A stretch of 64,000 bases of DNA from Candidatus Nomurabacteria bacterium (GCA_023898525.1 CP060227.1:1021932-1085931); one strand, 5' to 3'. Counted from the first letter of the stretch, positions 48,201 to 57,769 are shown. Notes: generated by a model not told the origin, from the sequence alone. A program made the numbers and translations.

Positions 48201-49847
48201 ATGAAAGCTTTTTTCTCAACAATATTATATACACTGTTTGGTCTCATAGTAATTGGTTTGACGGTGTTGTTTGTGGCACCTGCTACTCCTCTACTCTCTG
48301 GTTTTGATGTGAAGATTGTAAAATCAGGTTCGATGGAACCGCAGATTATGACTGGAGCAGTAGTCGTAATAAAAGAGAGTGTACAGTACGGGGTTGGAGA
48401 CATTATTACCTTTAACAATACTGATACTGAGATTCCAACTACCCATCGTATTGTTGGTACCGAGAGTGTTGATGGAGTTAGTTATTTTGTCACCAAAGGG
48501 GATGCAAATGAAGAGCGGGACATGAGTCTGGTGGCGGTCGGTGATGTTATTGGTAAGGTGATGGTTAATGCGCCTTACGCCGGTTATGTACTTGACTTTG
48601 CAAGGCAACCGCTAGGTTTTGTGCTTTTGGTGGGGATACCAGCGCTTTTAATTGTCTTGGATGAATTGGTGAATATCTGGCAGGAGGTTAAAAGAATGCG
48701 CAGACCTAAAGTAGCTAGGAAAGTTACGACACCACTGGAAGTGGCTCCTTATAGTCCAAGGGGACTTGATAAAACGCGGCCGGCTAAGCTAATGGATATA
48801 ACTCCTATTGTAAGAAACGAACTGGGTGCTAGGGAGGAGGTAAAAGCAGCTACACAGCCTCGAATGTATCATGATATTAGACCAAAGATGTCCGCTTTGG
48901 TCACATCGGTGCTTGTGTTTGCGCTCGTGACTGGTTTTACTAGTCTGGAAGACATATCAACTCTGTCTTACCCGATGGATATTGAGGCCAGTTTGGATAA
49001 TTCTATGCAAGCTAAGCGGGTTGATTTTTCAGTGTCGCCCACTACTTCCGAGATAGATTTTTCTATTGAGAAGGTAACTAATATCGAGGTGATTGTTACG
49101 CCAGACGGGGTTTCGGCCACTGAATTGGTTTATGATGTGGCGGTGGAGAAGGTAAGTGGTGATTCTGCTTTTTGTGATGATGTACTCGTAGATGCAGAAT
49201 CGCCACTTATTTACGCCGATCAATTTAAAAATCTAGCCGATAGTGGAGTTTCTTTCATCGGTTCCTGGCCACTTAATTTTTCGATGGCAGGAGTACATAA
49301 TTCAGGAGAGACTTGTAGCTTCAATCTAGTGTTTAACGGATATTTGGCTGGCACTGATGGTATGACCGGCTATATTGATACGGAGATAGTGAGTCTGAAC
49401 TTTATAGCTGAAACCGCCTTGCCGCTTGTACCAAGTTCGAGTCCTCAAGCTACATTCACAGCTTTGCTACCGGTTGGTACTTCTACTCCACAACCCGGAG
49501 CGATGTCGGAAGAAGTCTCGGGAACATCTTCTACTGCTAAAGAGGCAAGTTCTACTGAAGAGATTATTGACTCTGAAATTACTGGTGAAGGAGAGGGAAG
49601 AGAAGAAAATAACGACAATGATCAAGGAATTGTGGTTGAGGAAAAGGTACAAGAACCACCTGTAGAGGATATAGAGGAGGTAAAGGATAATACTGGCCAA
49701 GAAGCAAAAGAGGAAGAGAATACACCGGAAGACGAAGAGGTTGTGAGAGAGGAGGCTCAAGATACAGAAAACGAGGCGGTAGAAGTTCCGCAAAAAGAAA
49801 CTGCTAGCGTGGTGGATGATGAGACTAGAGCAGGTGTTGGGCTTTAG
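48201..49847 (+). CDS. archaeal/ER-type signal peptidase I (SipW-like) fused to long C-terminal extracytoplasmic Glu-rich extension
   Basis: Starts 1 nt after the upstream stop. Catalytic boxes SGSMEP, GDIITF, THRIV (His), TKGDANEERD. Two TM helices around the catalytic domain. Third TM near residue 225. Acidic Glu-rich tail, 548 aa. Confidence 0.8.
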   Translation: MKAFFSTILYTLFGLIVIGLTVLFVAPATPLLSGFDVKIVKSGSMEPQIMTGAVVVIKESVQYGVGDIITFNNTDTEIPTTHRIVGTESVDGVSYFVTKGDANEERDMSLVAVGDVIGKVMVNAPYAGYVLDFARQPLGFVLLVGIPALLIVLDELVNIWQEVKRMRRPKVARKVTTPLEVAPYSPRGLDKTRPAKLMDITPIVRNELGAREEVKAATQPRMYHDIRPKMSALVTSVLVFALVTGFTSLEDISTLSYPMDIEASLDNSMQAKRVDFSVSPTTSEIDFSIEKVTNIEVIVTPDGVSATELVYDVAVEKVSGDSAFCDDVLVDAESPLIYADQFKNLADSGVSFIGSWPLNFSMAGVHNSGETCSFNLVFNGYLAGTDGMTGYIDTEIVSLNFIAETALPLVPSSSPQATFTALLPVGTSTPQPGAMSEEVSGTSSTAKEASSTEEIIDSEITGEGEGREENNDNDQGIVVEEKVQEPPVEDIEEVKDNTGQEAKEEENTPEDEEVVREEAQDTENEAVEVPQKETASVVDDETRAGVGL

Positions 49848-49866
49848 TACCTATAAGTATAAAAAT

Positions 49867-49900
49867 ACGTCCGTCATTTGAATGTGACGGACGTTTTTCT
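49867..49900 (+). terminator. rho-independent terminator ending the TasA-like/SipW-like operon
   Basis: ACGTCCGTCA-tttgaatg-TGACGGACGT followed by TTTTT. Confidence 0.65.
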
Positions 49901-49923
49901 CAAGGATAATTTGGTTAAAAAAA

Positions 49924-50340
49924 TTAATCAGATCTATCTTGTAGCTCTAGTATAAGAGCTTTGTGTGATGTGATGCTTGTTCTGAAACCTGTATGATTTA
50001 ATACATTATCTACCCAACTAACCTCATTGTTGTTTACTGTAATCTTGCAGCCCGCAGGAACCAGTGCTTTTCTGGTAAATATACAGTACACGTACTGAGG
50101 TTTGTGGTCATCACCATATTTGATTCCTGTGATTTGCACATCACCAGGCTCTGGTGTTATTTCTTGGGTTTGAAATAACTGTAAAAGCAAGTCTGTTATA
50201 TAATTCAGAAAGATTACATCTAACTGTTTGTTTTTTAAAATAGCATTGCTACAATGGTTTGAATGCTCCATTTTTATCTCCCCTTTCACTATTTGTTTTA
50301 AAAAAACTGTACCTTGAGATACAGGTACTTTATACCACAC
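49924..50340 (-). CDS. hypothetical protein co-transcribed with HxlR-type regulator
   Basis: 115-138 aa depending on start. No family recognised. Confidence 0.4.
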   Translation of the reverse strand: MWYKVPVSQGTVFLKQIVKGEIKMEHSNHCSNAILKNKQLDVIFLNYITDLLLQLFQTQEITPEPGDVQITGIKYGDDHKPQYVYCIFTRKALVPAGCKITVNNNEVSWVDNVLNHTGFRTSITSHKALILELQDRSD

Positions 50341-50421
50341 CTAACTAGACTTTACAAACTCCATGTTGCGTAAAAATATTGATCGTAATCTATAATGATA
50401 GAGTTATTACTTAACTAACAT

Positions 50422-50757
50422 TTACACATACCACGTCTCGTACCAGTCTTGTAATTGCAGAAGGACTCTTTCTAGCTCTTTTCCTTTATCAGTAAGTGAA
50501 TACTCCACTCGGGGAGGTATTTCACTGTAAACTTTTCGTCTGATTAGGCCTGACTTTTCAAGCTGTTTTAGGGTTACGGTCAAGGTTCCGGTGTTTAAAT
50601 TACCTAGTACTTTTCTTAGCTCGCCAAAACGTAACACCTGATGCTTTAAGAGTTCGTTAAAGATTAAAATAGAATGCTTTTGTCCAATTATGCCAAGTGC
50701 CTTACGAATAGAGCAGTCCTTATTGAATTCTATCCCCACTTCTTTTTCTTTCTTCAT
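50422..50757 (-). CDS. HxlR-family winged-helix transcriptional regulator
   Basis: C..IRKALGIIGQKHSILIFNELL...RFGELRK..G....TLT..LKQLEKSGLIRRKVY matches the HxlR/MarR-like HTH consensus. Confidence 0.8.
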   Translation of the reverse strand: MKKEKEVGIEFNKDCSIRKALGIIGQKHSILIFNELLKHQVLRFGELRKVLGNLNTGTLTVTLKQLEKSGLIRRKVYSEIPPRVEYSLTDKGKELERVLLQLQDWYETWYV

Positions 50758-50892
50758 ATTTGTAACACAATAAAACTTTAGTGAACTAAATTAGGTTGCT
50801 AAATTATAGCTACTTTAAAACATAAATCAATAGGCATATACTCTGTGGACATGTTGCTAACATGATTTTAAAAAAATTAGAAAATCTTAAAT

Positions 50893-51573
50893 ATGAATAA
50901 TAAATTTTTAGTAGGTGGTATTATCGTTGTCGTTTTGATCGGACTGTTTGTTTTTGTCAATAATGATAAGGCTGAAGTAATGGTCGACAATAACGATCAA
51001 AAAACACAAGAGACAAAGGAAGTCGTTAAGACTAATGTAGTTAATGGTCATGAAGAGATCAATCATCATTTAAAAGAAGCTCAAGTGACAAGAGAGTCAA
51101 ACTCACTAACAGCAGATTTTACTTCTCTGGGAGTAATGCCACTTTTGGGTGAAAGTGGAGCGGTTGGTTATGGTGTAATTACTGATAAAGGAACTGATCA
51201 AGTGATTGTTTCCACTACCCATGCGGGCGTCTTGGATAGCGAAACGCAGAAAGATGCTTCTGATCCGGTGTGGCACAACCATATTGTAAGACTAGGTGAA
51301 GTGGCTCTTTGTGGTGAAAACCCAGGTGTAATTGACATAACCTTCGAATCTCCGGGTGACGTCACGGTAAAAGAGCGTGGGTTGGTTGTGGCAAAGGTAC
51401 CGGCTAGCTTTAGTGGTACTCATAGTTTGACTAGCCAAAAAATATCTTTTGCTCCAGGTACAGACGTTAAAGGGGTTGTGCAATTTAATTTAGAGCCAAA
51501 GTTTAATGCTGAAAATGAATTGCAAGCAGTCTGTGTAACTCATATAGAAGAAATCGACTTTGATGTATTATAG
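50893..51573 (+). CDS. secreted hypothetical protein
   Basis: N-terminal signal/TM. 226 aa. Confidence 0.45.
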   Translation: MNNKFLVGGIIVVVLIGLFVFVNNDKAEVMVDNNDQKTQETKEVVKTNVVNGHEEINHHLKEAQVTRESNSLTADFTSLGVMPLLGESGAVGYGVITDKGTDQVIVSTTHAGVLDSETQKDASDPVWHNHIVRLGEVALCGENPGVIDITFESPGDVTVKERGLVVAKVPASFSGTHSLTSQKISFAPGTDVKGVVQFNLEPKFNAENELQAVCVTHIEEIDFDVL

Positions 51574-51578
51574 TAGTA

Positions 51579-52124
51579 TTGAGTATGGACTCAAAAAATA
51601 CTATCAAAGATAAGGTGTGTGTTGAGGGTGTCTGCGAAATAGAGACTACCGAAAATAAAGATGTTACAACCATGGAATTAGTGGTAGCTGAGTGGTTGAA
51701 CACTGATGGAAAGGAAATAAAATTGTCTGAACTTAAAGGCAAGGTTGTATTAATTGAGGTGTTTCAAATGCTGTGTCCAGGGTGTGTTACTCATAGTTTG
51801 CCACAAGCAAAGCGTTTGCATTCAATCTTTAGAGATAGGGAAAAAGTGGTGGTGCTTGGTCTGCATTCGGTTTTTGAGCACCATGAAGCGATGCGGAAAG
51901 AATCATTACACGCTTTTCTTTCAGAATTTCGGTATGATTTTCCAGTAGCTATTGATCAACACAAAGACAATGATCGTTTACCAGAGACTATGAAAAAGTT
52001 TGATTTAAATGGTACTCCTTCCTTAATCATTATTGATAAAAAAGGAGAATTGCGTGAGATTGTTTTTGGTGCAATTGATGATTTAGTGTTAGGCATTAAA
52101 ATTGGAAAACTCTTAGCTGAGTAA
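51579..52124 (+). CDS. thioredoxin-fold redoxin (TlpA/ResA-like thiol-disulfide oxidoreductase)
   Basis: CPGC active-site motif (FQMLCPGCVTH) in a thioredoxin-like fold context. Confidence 0.65.
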   Translation: MSMDSKNTIKDKVCVEGVCEIETTENKDVTTMELVVAEWLNTDGKEIKLSELKGKVVLIEVFQMLCPGCVTHSLPQAKRLHSIFRDREKVVVLGLHSVFEHHEAMRKESLHAFLSEFRYDFPVAIDQHKDNDRLPETMKKFDLNGTPSLIIIDKKGELREIVFGAIDDLVLGIKIGKLLAE

Positions 52125-52180
52125 GTTTCCCATTGTTTAGTGATATAATATTTTCATTATTAGTTTTCTTATCTAATTGT

Positions 52181-52582
52181 ATGAAAAAATACTACACAGC
52201 TAATATCGAAGAAGAAACACTCCAGAATTCGGATTACCGCCGAGTTTTGTACACGGCTCGCTATATGCAACTGGTTTTGATGAATGTGAGGCCAGGTGAG
52301 GAAATTGGTAATGAAATCCATGGTCTAGACCAGTTTATTAGAGTGGAGGCTGGCAAGGGTAAGGTGATCTTAAATGATAAAGATGAATATGAGCTACCGG
52401 CTGACCATGCGCTTATTATTCCGGCTGGTACTTGGCATAATATAATTAACGAAGGAGAGGAAGAGTTAAAACTTTATACTATTTACTCTACTCCGGAACA
52501 TAAAGATGGTACAGTACAACCAACCAAGGCGGATGAGAAAGAGGAACATTTTGATGGAGTCACGACCATGGATCGAGGATAG
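52181..52582 (+). CDS. cupin-domain protein
   Basis: Cupin motifs (GEEIGNEIHGLDQFIRVEAG ... GTWHNIINEG). Track start 52133 is TTG and the ATG is at 52181. Confidence 0.5.
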   Translation: MKKYYTANIEEETLQNSDYRRVLYTARYMQLVLMNVRPGEEIGNEIHGLDQFIRVEAGKGKVILNDKDEYELPADHALIIPAGTWHNIINEGEEELKLYTIYSTPEHKDGTVQPTKADEKEEHFDGVTTMDRG

Positions 52583-52604
52583 TGGTTGGGTAGAGGCTTA
52601 GAGT

Positions 52605-52645
52605 GGAAAATGCCCGGCGCCTATGGCGCCGGGCATTTTCTTGTT
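52605..52645 (+). terminator. rho-independent terminator after the cupin gene
   Basis: AAAATGCCCGGCGCC-tatg-GCGCCGGGCATTTTCTT. The track ORF 52586.. reads through it from a TTG. Confidence 0.55.
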
Positions 52646-52669
52646 ATAACCAATGCTATAATTTATATT

Positions 52670-53182
52670 ATGATACTCATGACCAGACAAGATACACTTA
52701 GCGTACTTATTACTTTTGTTATTGGCTTAGTGGCTGGTGGTTATTATTATATAACCGGATTTTCATTTAAGGATTCTGACGTTTCTACGAAAGATACCTA
52801 CAGCGATTTCGCAATTGTGGGAAAGGCTTACGGAAATTGTCAAAGTGATGGCTGTTTATCATTTCAATTGTTGTCAGACGGCACCTATCGAGTATTGCTG
52901 AACAAGGCTGACGTTGGAGAGGTTAGTAAGGAGGGAGTGGTACCGAAAACTCTAAGAAAGGAATTAACTGACAATATAGAGACACTTGCTTTGAAGCAGT
53001 TATCTAAGAAAGTTTCAACCAAGAACTGTTCTTCAATGGAGGGTGGGGTTGACTATAATTTTAAGATCACTCGCGCTGGAACTGATTATGAATTAGATAC
53101 TTGCAAAACTAATATCAACTACAACACTGAGGCTTGGTCTAGTCTTGCAAAACTATGGAACTATTTTGAAACTATAGAATAG
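52670..53182 (+). CDS. membrane-anchored hypothetical protein
   Basis: ATG at 52670 downstream of the terminator. N-terminal TM then a Cys-containing soluble domain. Confidence 0.45.
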   Translation: MILMTRQDTLSVLITFVIGLVAGGYYYITGFSFKDSDVSTKDTYSDFAIVGKAYGNCQSDGCLSFQLLSDGTYRVLLNKADVGEVSKEGVVPKTLRKELTDNIETLALKQLSKKVSTKNCSSMEGGVDYNFKITRAGTDYELDTCKTNINYNTEAWSSLAKLWNYFETIE

Positions 53183-53266
53183 CGAAAGATTTTATCAACT
53201 GGTACGTATAAATAATTGTGAGAAGTGAGATTCTCACAATCTTTTTTTACTTGGATAAATTGAAAA

Positions 53267-53875
53267 TTGAATATGCAATCAAAATCATTACTAATTGCAC
53301 TAGCAGCCTTTGCAGTTACGGCTACCGGAGTACAGGCATATATAGGAATTGATGAGTTAAATAAGGCTGGATTTTCTCGCGATCAAATTGAAGCTTTTTC
53401 GCAAGCACGTGAATACCGTTCAAAAGGAGAGGATGAAAAAGCTAGAGATGTATTGCTAGAGGCTGGTGTAGACGAAGCTAAGTTGGATAGTTTACGTCAG
53501 ATATCTAGGGAGTCACACATGAAACTTCATAAAACCTTAGAGGATTCTGACTATGAAGGATTTAAGGCGGTAATCAGTGGTTCGCCATTAGCTGACATCA
53601 TAACGACCAAGGAAGATTTCTTGCAATTTAAGGCTGCTCATGAGATGAGGCAAGAAGGTAATTATGAGCAGGCAAAAATTATATACAATGAACTTGGGCT
53701 AACTAAAGACGCTAAAGCAGGTCATTATAAGTCTAGCCACAATACTCAACATAGGTATTTTGATCTAACAGATGAACAGCGTGATGCTCTTAGAGCAGCT
53801 CATCAAGCAAACGACCGAGAGACTGTGCGAGCGATTCTTGAGGAGGCGGGTTTGGTGGACAGTAATAGTGTATAA
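53267..53875 (+). CDS. secreted hypothetical protein
   Basis: Signal peptide MNMQSKSLLIALAAFAVTATGVQA. Repeated helical segments. Confidence 0.45.
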   Translation: MNMQSKSLLIALAAFAVTATGVQAYIGIDELNKAGFSRDQIEAFSQAREYRSKGEDEKARDVLLEAGVDEAKLDSLRQISRESHMKLHKTLEDSDYEGFKAVISGSPLADIITTKEDFLQFKAAHEMRQEGNYEQAKIIYNELGLTKDAKAGHYKSSHNTQHRYFDLTDEQRDALRAAHQANDRETVRAILEEAGLVDSNSV

Positions 53876-53955
53876 GCAGGTTGTCCGTAAATAGAATATG
53901 TTTGCGTGTTATGTGCTTTAGTGCTTGATCACGAGGGGGGGGTAGTGAACAACAC

Positions 53956-53995
53956 AAAAGCGTCGCGTCCTTTAGGGCGCGACGCTTTTCTGCTA
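53956..53995 (+). terminator. rho-independent terminator
   Basis: AGCGTCGCGTCC-ttta-GGGCGCGACGCT followed by TTTTCT. Confidence 0.5.
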
Positions 53996-54005
53996 TCATT
54001 ATCTA

Positions 54006-54668
54006 ATGAAATTAAATTATCTTTTTCTCCTACTAATTTTTCTCTTACCAACAGCTACTACGCAAGCCTATAATCCGGTTATTAACATCGTTACAGTCCC
54101 GTATTCGGTTACGGCGGTTGGCGGCAGCTTGTCACTACAAAGAGAATTTTTGGGCGAGTTAAAAAACGATCCGCATATGTATGAATTTGTAGTGGGTAGT
54201 TCAACAGAACTATACTTGCGTTTAGCTCAACTTGAATCAGATAAGCTGGTCCCTTTTTCCTTGATTCTAGTACAACAAAATGAGAATCGTGGTGGAGTTA
54301 CTGAAATTGGTCGCACGAACAACGTAAAAGCTAAGTGGGAGCCAATCCACGATGATTTGCTAGGTCTTACCATGGACTATTCAGATCCTTTTGTTGTTAC
54401 CCTAAAGCCGGGTGTTTATAGAGTAGAAGTCAGTACTCCTGATAATGTTGGTAAATATGTGCTGATCGTGGGACAAGAGTCAGTTGATAATGGGTACTTT
54501 AGTGAACTCTCCAATGTACGTACAATCCAATCTTTTTTTGGAAAATCAATGTTTTCAATGCTTAAGTCAAGTTACGTTTATTATCCGATTGGTATTGTAG
54601 TCTTATTAATTGTCATTTATCAAACCTGGCGCCGACGACAGCAAATAAGTAACATCAATCATGCTTAA
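54006..54668 (+). CDS. secreted protein with C-terminal TM anchor, function unknown
   Basis: N-terminal signal peptide. C-terminal hydrophobic helix followed by RRRQQ. Confidence 0.45.
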   Translation: MKLNYLFLLLIFLLPTATTQAYNPVINIVTVPYSVTAVGGSLSLQREFLGELKNDPHMYEFVVGSSTELYLRLAQLESDKLVPFSLILVQQNENRGGVTEIGRTNNVKAKWEPIHDDLLGLTMDYSDPFVVTLKPGVYRVEVSTPDNVGKYVLIVGQESVDNGYFSELSNVRTIQSFFGKSMFSMLKSSYVYYPIGIVVLLIVIYQTWRRRQQISNINHA

Positions 54669-54737
54669 ATTTATCGTAATAGTTATATTCATTACTATTT
54701 TTGCCTGGTATGCTAACCAAGCTTTTAATGGTGGTTT

Positions 54738-55022
54738 ATGAAAATAAAAAATGATAAAACTTGGTACGTCTACATGCTGAGATGTTCTGATGATACTCTA
54801 TACACTGGAATAACCACCAATCTTGGCCGTCGGATAAACGAGCATAATGAAGGAAAAAGCGGTGCTAAGTACACTCGCGCTCGCCGCCCGGTTGAGTTGG
54901 TTTACAGCGAATCTCTACATGGTCGCCAACTAGCGAGTAAAAGAGAAGTTGAGTTGAAAAACTTTACTAAATCTGAAAAAGAGAAAATCTTGACAGATTA
55001 TAGATATTCTGCAATAGTTTGA
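54738..55022 (+). CDS. GIY-YIG nuclease family protein (UPF0213)
   Basis: WYVYMLRC..DTLYTGITTNLGRRINEHN is the canonical GIY-YIG motif. Confidence 0.8.
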   Translation: MKIKNDKTWYVYMLRCSDDTLYTGITTNLGRRINEHNEGKSGAKYTRARRPVELVYSESLHGRQLASKREVELKNFTKSEKEKILTDYRYSAIV

Positions 55023-55042
55023 TTTGCGCACGTCAGTAATTC

Positions 55043-55249
55043 ATGGGAGGTAATAAGATGCTAGCGAAGCTAGATGTTTTGATTGAGGAATTGGGTATGG
55101 TACTTTATGTACTGCTGGTTCTGGGTGTGATTGGGTTCATTGGGTTGGAGGTTTATGAAAACTGGGATTTTTACAAAGCCGTCTTAGTTGTTTCATTCCC
55201 TGTTTTGGTCGCAGTCTCGTTCTTCATTTTAGTTGTCTGTAGCAGTTAA
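55043..55249 (+). CDS. small 2-TM membrane protein
   Basis: 68 aa, hydrophobic. Confidence 0.35.
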   Translation: MGGNKMLAKLDVLIEELGMVLYVLLVLGVIGFIGLEVYENWDFYKAVLVVSFPVLVAVSFFILVVCSS

Positions 55250-55403
55250 GTTAAGTATAGACAAAGTTAGGTTTTATCGGTATGATAGTGGCACTTTTGG
55301 GCGCGTTTGGCTTCATTGGTAATACGCGTCCTTTCTCGTTTAAGGATTATGGTAAGCGGGTAATGGAGGTTTTAATATTTTAATTTTAATCATTTTTTTA
55401 TAT

Positions 55404-57188
55404 ATGGCACAGGAAATTCGTAATATCGCTATCATCGCACACGTAGACCATGGTAAAACTACTTTGACTGATGCTTTGATGGAGCAGACTGGGGCACGTG
55501 AAGGAGAAAGCTCAATGGACAGTAACGCGCTAGAGCGTGAGCGTGGTATTACGATTTATGCCAAAAATACTTCAATCGAGTATAAGGGTACTAAAATCAA
55601 TATAGTAGATACACCGGGTCACGCGGATTTTGGCTCTGAGGTGGAGCGCGTCTTGCGCTCTATTGACTCAGTTCTTTTGGTGGTAGATGCGCAGGAGGGT
55701 CCGATGCCACAAACTCGCTTTGTACTCAAAAAATCACTAGAACTAGGACTAAAGCCAATAGTAGTCTTAAACAAGATCGACAAGCCGGCCGCTGACCCAG
55801 AGCGAGCTGAGGAGCAGGTGTTGGAGCTCTTCTTGGAATTAGGGGCTGATGATGATCAATCGGACTTTACGGTGGTATACGCAATTGGTCGTGATGGAGT
55901 AGCTAAGCGCAAGATGGAAGATGAGCTAAAAGACCTATCGCCACTGCTTGATGTGATATTGGAAGAGGTGCCAGCCGCTCGTGCTTATACAGAAGGTGAA
56001 AATCTGCGTGCTCAGGTGTTCAATCTTGGTTATGACAACTTCCTTGGACGTCTGGCGATTGCTCGCATCTACGAAGGATCTGTGAAGGCGAATCAGCCTT
56101 TGTTTATAAAGCATAAGGGTACCGAAACCGGAAAAGGTAAAGTGGTAAAACTTTCTACTTTTAAGGGTATACAGAAAGTCGATGTTCAGGAGGCTTTTGC
56201 TGGTGATATTGTGATGATTGCCGGATTTGCTGATATTAATATCGGAGATACTTTGACTGATAGTGAGTCAGCTGAGCCATTACCAGCGATTGCGGTAGAC
56301 GAACCAACCATTGCTTTGCAGTTTATGCCTAACTCTTCACCTTTCGCGGGACGAGAAGGTAAGTATGTAACTTCACGTCAGATTCGTGAACGTTTAGAAA
56401 GAGAATTGGAGATAAACGTGGGTTTGCAGGTGGACTTCTCTCAAGGTGACACTTTTGAAGTGCGAGGACGTGGTGAAATGCATATTGCAATTTTGCTTGA
56501 AAATATGCGTCGTGACGGTTATGAACTAGCGGTGTCGCAACCGCAGGTAATTATTAAGGAGGAAGAAGGACAAAAAATGGAGCCGTTTGAGGAAGTAACG
56601 ATTGATATACCTGTAGAATTCCAGGGCGCGGTGATTGAGCGTCTTGGAAATCGTGGCTTTGTCATGATGAATATGGTGCCACACGACAATCAGGTAAGAC
56701 TTATTTTTGAAGGGCCAACTCGCGGACTTCTAGGCTATAAGAATCAATTTATCGTTGATACCAAGGGTGAGGGTATTCTGGCTTCTCGTGTACTTGGTTT
56801 TCGTCCTTATGCTGGTGAAATCAAAAAACGCCAGGTTGGCTCAATGATATCAATGATTCAAGGGAAAGCGCTTGGTTTTGCTTTGTATGGACTACAAGAT
56901 CGTGGTCAGCTATATATCGGAGCCGGTACCGAGGTGTATGAGGGTATGGTGATTGGTAACACTTCCAAGGGTGAGGAGATGACGGTAAATCCAACCAAAG
57001 GTAAGCAGCTCACTAATATGCGTGCTTCTGGCTCAGATGATGCTATTAACCTAGTGCCACCAAAGACCATTACTATCGAGCTTGGGCTGGAAATCATGGC
57101 GGATGATGAATATTTAGAGATTACACCGGAAAGCACCAGACTACGCAAGGCTTTACTGAAAGAAAGTGAGCGAAAGAGAGGGAAGTAA
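55404..57188 (+). CDS. typA: translational GTPase TypA/BipA
   Basis: G1 AHVDHGKTT. DTPGHADF. NKIDKP. EF-G-like domains. 594 aa. Confidence 0.9.
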   Translation: MAQEIRNIAIIAHVDHGKTTLTDALMEQTGAREGESSMDSNALERERGITIYAKNTSIEYKGTKINIVDTPGHADFGSEVERVLRSIDSVLLVVDAQEGPMPQTRFVLKKSLELGLKPIVVLNKIDKPAADPERAEEQVLELFLELGADDDQSDFTVVYAIGRDGVAKRKMEDELKDLSPLLDVILEEVPAARAYTEGENLRAQVFNLGYDNFLGRLAIARIYEGSVKANQPLFIKHKGTETGKGKVVKLSTFKGIQKVDVQEAFAGDIVMIAGFADINIGDTLTDSESAEPLPAIAVDEPTIALQFMPNSSPFAGREGKYVTSRQIRERLERELEINVGLQVDFSQGDTFEVRGRGEMHIAILLENMRRDGYELAVSQPQVIIKEEEGQKMEPFEEVTIDIPVEFQGAVIERLGNRGFVMMNMVPHDNQVRLIFEGPTRGLLGYKNQFIVDTKGEGILASRVLGFRPYAGEIKKRQVGSMISMIQGKALGFALYGLQDRGQLYIGAGTEVYEGMVIGNTSKGEEMTVNPTKGKQLTNMRASGSDDAINLVPPKTITIELGLEIMADDEYLEITPESTRLRKALLKESERKRGK

Positions 57189-57204
57189 TTTGGTTTGTAG
57201 AGGT

Positions 57205-57245
57205 AAAAAATAGGGCGGAACCTACGGTTCCGCCCTATTTTTAAT
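57205..57245 (+). terminator. rho-independent terminator of typA
   Basis: AAAAATAGGGCGGAACC-tac-GGTTCCGCCCTATTTTTAAT. Confidence 0.6.
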
Positions 57246-57322
57246 CTAGTCATATAGATGATTACGTGTTATAAATTGCAATAGAAGCACGATTATATCA
57301 ACTAAATTAGGAGAACATAAGA

Positions 57323-57769
57323 ATGTTTGAATTAAAAGACCAACATTTTAATGAGATTTTAGGTTTTTTAAAAAGTAGGGGTATGCTTATCATAGATGTT
57401 TGCTCGGATAAGCGGATGTCTGATAATAAAAGTACTAAAATTTTAGTAGCTCCAGAAATGGGTCTTTACACAGAAGATCAATTGAATGAGCTTATGCAAA
57501 AGCTGCGGGCACTTGGAGAAGATTACACTGTTGTCGGTAAAGATTTTCATTTGTCACCGCTTGGTAACTTCTGTTATGGAACTCTGTCTATAACCTACAA
57601 TACCTATTTGCAGCAGAGTGAGACAAGGGTAACTGTGTTTGTTTACCCGGACCACTTTCTAAGTGTATTGGGTAAAAAGTACAGAAAATACGATATATTT
57701 TATCCTATGTGGAAGTTTAGTATATACAGAGTTCTGATGACGTTACGGAATCTTTTAACCAACATCTAG
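57323..57769 (+). CDS. hypothetical protein
   Basis: GGAGAACATAAG RBS region. 148 aa, no family recognised. Confidence 0.4.
   Translation: MFELKDQHFNEILGFLKSRGMLIIDVCSDKRMSDNKSTKILVAPEMGLYTEDQLNELMQKLRALGEDYTVVGKDFHLSPLGNFCYGTLSITYNTYLQQSETRVTVFVYPDHFLSVLGKKYRKYDIFYPMWKFSIYRVLMTLRNLLTNI

Noticed and set aside
49426-49793. Possible tandem DNA repeats in the SipW-like Glu-rich tail
   Set aside because: The sequence is compositionally biased (GAA/GAG-rich), but no exact periodic DNA repeat unit could be traced. It is treated as low-complexity coding sequence.
53932-53940. G8 homopolymer (GAGGGGGGGGTAG) in the intergenic region
   Set aside because: It is intergenic and upstream of a terminator. 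There is no evidence of a phase-variable gene fused to it.
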